A stretch of 62,746 nucleotides of DNA, counting the filler. It is 6 parts of 6 records of this genome, joined end to end, with 100 filler letters (N's around TTAATTAATTAA, not from the genome) between each part and the next. Parts side by side here need not be neighbours in the genome. Positions count along the whole stretch, not along the records: positions 56,232 to 62,746 come from SRR31147125_20854; 5 more parts are not named here. One strand, given 5' to 3'. The notes under the pieces were generated by a model. The model saw only the letters and a list, made by a program, of their open reading frames with translations. It did not search any database and was not told where the DNA came from. Every line of letters starts with the position of its first letter. Positions within the stretch are counted from its first letter, which is position 1. Of this stretch, positions 61,424-62,746 are shown one piece after another. The translations under genes were made by a program, and so were the position numbers.

Positions 61424-62746
61424 ATGATTAACAAAAAATATAATATTATCGAGTTCATTATCATGATTATTACTGTAGTTACTTTCGTACTCTTTCAACA
61501 TTATTTTTTTAGAGATCAGCTTATCTTAAAGCTAGTTGTTACTCTTTCAGCACTAGCAGTCGTTAGATTGACTCTTAATTTTTTTAGAATTGAAAAAATC
61601 ACATTATTTTTTTCAATTCTGGAAAATATAATTAGAGAATACAAGCAAGTTGATAATAGTAATTCTGATATTGATAAGTTAGAAACAAAAGAAAGAAACT
61701 ATCTAAAATCTATTCAAAAAATTATGAATAAAAATGCTGAACTTCATAAACAAACGGAAGCAACTAATAGAGCATTGAAAAACATCCTGAAAATTAATAA
61801 CAAAATTCTCGAATACGCTGATATGGATAGCCTGTACAAGTACCTGCTACAAAAAGCTATTGCCACAATTCCTGCGGCTAGTACCGGGAGTCTAACGAAG
61901 TTAAATGAAGAATATACATTTGAAATCATTGCGGTTCATAAATTTGATAAATCAATTCTGAATACCAAGATTGATGTTTACGACTCGTTTATCTGGAATA
62001 AAACAAATGGACTTATGGATAGGGCGGTAATTATTGATAATGTTCATGAATTTAATGAACATAATTTTAACCCTAGTCAACTTGAACTTATGGCTAAAGT
62101 TACAAAAAGCTCAAAAGCGGCAATATGTGCTCCCGTGATAATTGATGGTGCATTACTTGGAACTATTAACGTTGATTCCTATGAAGAAAATGCCTTTACT
62201 GACCAAGATGCTGACATCCTTATGTTTTTTTCACAGCAAATATCCAATATAATCAAAAGAAAAACTATACTAGACAAGGAGTTATATCTATCTCGTTATG
62301 ACGCTCTAACAAATATTTATAATAGAGGATACTTCAACATTGTTATTACTGAACACGAAAAGAAGGCTAGAAGATTTAAAGAGAATTTTTCAGTTGTAGT
62401 ATTTGACATCGACAATCTCAAATCTATTAATACTAAATTTGGACACAGTATTGGCGATAAGATATTAAAGAGTACCGTATTTACTATAGAAAACAACATC
62501 AGAGATATTGATATTTTAGCTAGATTAAGTGATGATGAATTTGTGCTTATCCTACCTGAAAAAAATATTTTAGAAGCAACAGATTTAGTTGATGAAATTA
62601 GAATAGCTTTAAAAGAGAGTTCTGCTAAAAAATACCCTGAATTTGATTTTAGTTATGGAATCTCTTCTTATCCAGATGAATCTGAAAATGTCGAAAAACT
62701 TATTACCCTGGCTGACAAGAGAATGTTTGAAAATAGAAAAGAAAAA
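61424..62746 (+). CDS. Membrane GAF-GGDEF protein with a degenerate SDDEF motif (runs off the window end)
   Basis: ATG 61424 after AAAGGA; TM helices, GAF-like region, YDALTNIYNRGYF, FDIDNLKSINTKFGHSIGD, ARLSDDEF; no stop in the window so absent from the ORF track. Confidence 0.85.
   Translation, partial: MINKKYNIIEFIIMIITVVTFVLFQHYFFRDQLILKLVVTLSALAVVRLTLNFFRIEKITLFFSILENIIREYKQVDNSNSDIDKLETKERNYLKSIQKIMNKNAELHKQTEATNRALKNILKINNKILEYADMDSLYKYLLQKAIATIPAASTGSLTKLNEEYTFEIIAVHKFDKSILNTKIDVYDSFIWNKTNGLMDRAVIIDNVHEFNEHNFNPSQLELMAKVTKSSKAAICAPVIIDGALLGTINVDSYEENAFTDQDADILMFFSQQISNIIKRKTILDKELYLSRYDALTNIYNRGYFNIVITEHEKKARRFKENFSVVVFDIDNLKSINTKFGHSIGDKILKSTVFTIENNIRDIDILARLSDDEFVLILPEKNILEATDLVDEIRIALKESSAKKYPEFDFSYGISSYPDESENVEKLITLADKRMFENRKEK

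Overview
The window is not one locus. It is six contigs joined by 100-bp N-TTAATTAATTAA-N linkers, probably from several organisms given the very different GC content and gene types. Contig 1 (1-18917, higher GC, Oscillospiraceae/Clostridia-like) has tandem LysR genes, a QueG-like/UGSC-fusion/FAD-oxidoreductase operon, an ECF sigma/anti-sigma pair, DUF1848, the metY-cysK-Rrf2-iscS-iscU sulfur cluster and a cobalamin-riboswitch-controlled two-gene operon. Contig 2 (19018-24570, Bacteroidetes-like) has qatBCD anti-phage genes abutting the traA-traD end of a conjugative-transposon-like element. Contig 3 (24671-36022, AT-rich) has an erythritol/apiose-type ABC transporter, LacI regulators, an FNR-like flavoprotein, a secreted repeat protein and a hybrid kinase/diguanylate cyclase pair. 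Contig 4 (36123-46378) has a 4Fe-4S membrane protein, VanW-family gene, hcp, GGDEF gene and an ABC/LytTR module. Contig 5 (46479-56131) has an SSS symporter with two microproteins, a DUF4183 spore protein and a legionaminic-acid-type cluster. Contig 6 (56232-62746) has FIST-SpoIIE, a disulfide oxidoreductase, DUF1499, OhrR/MarR and a degenerate GGDEF gene. About nine frameshifts sit in homopolymers and look like sequencing errors. The most interesting candidate new system is the B12-riboswitch operon (13934-16091): an N-terminally truncated RlmN-type radical SAM methylase plus a LOG phosphoribohydrolase fusion. I hypothesise it makes free 2-methyladenine, a cobamide lower ligand. All family calls come from motif recognition, not database searches.
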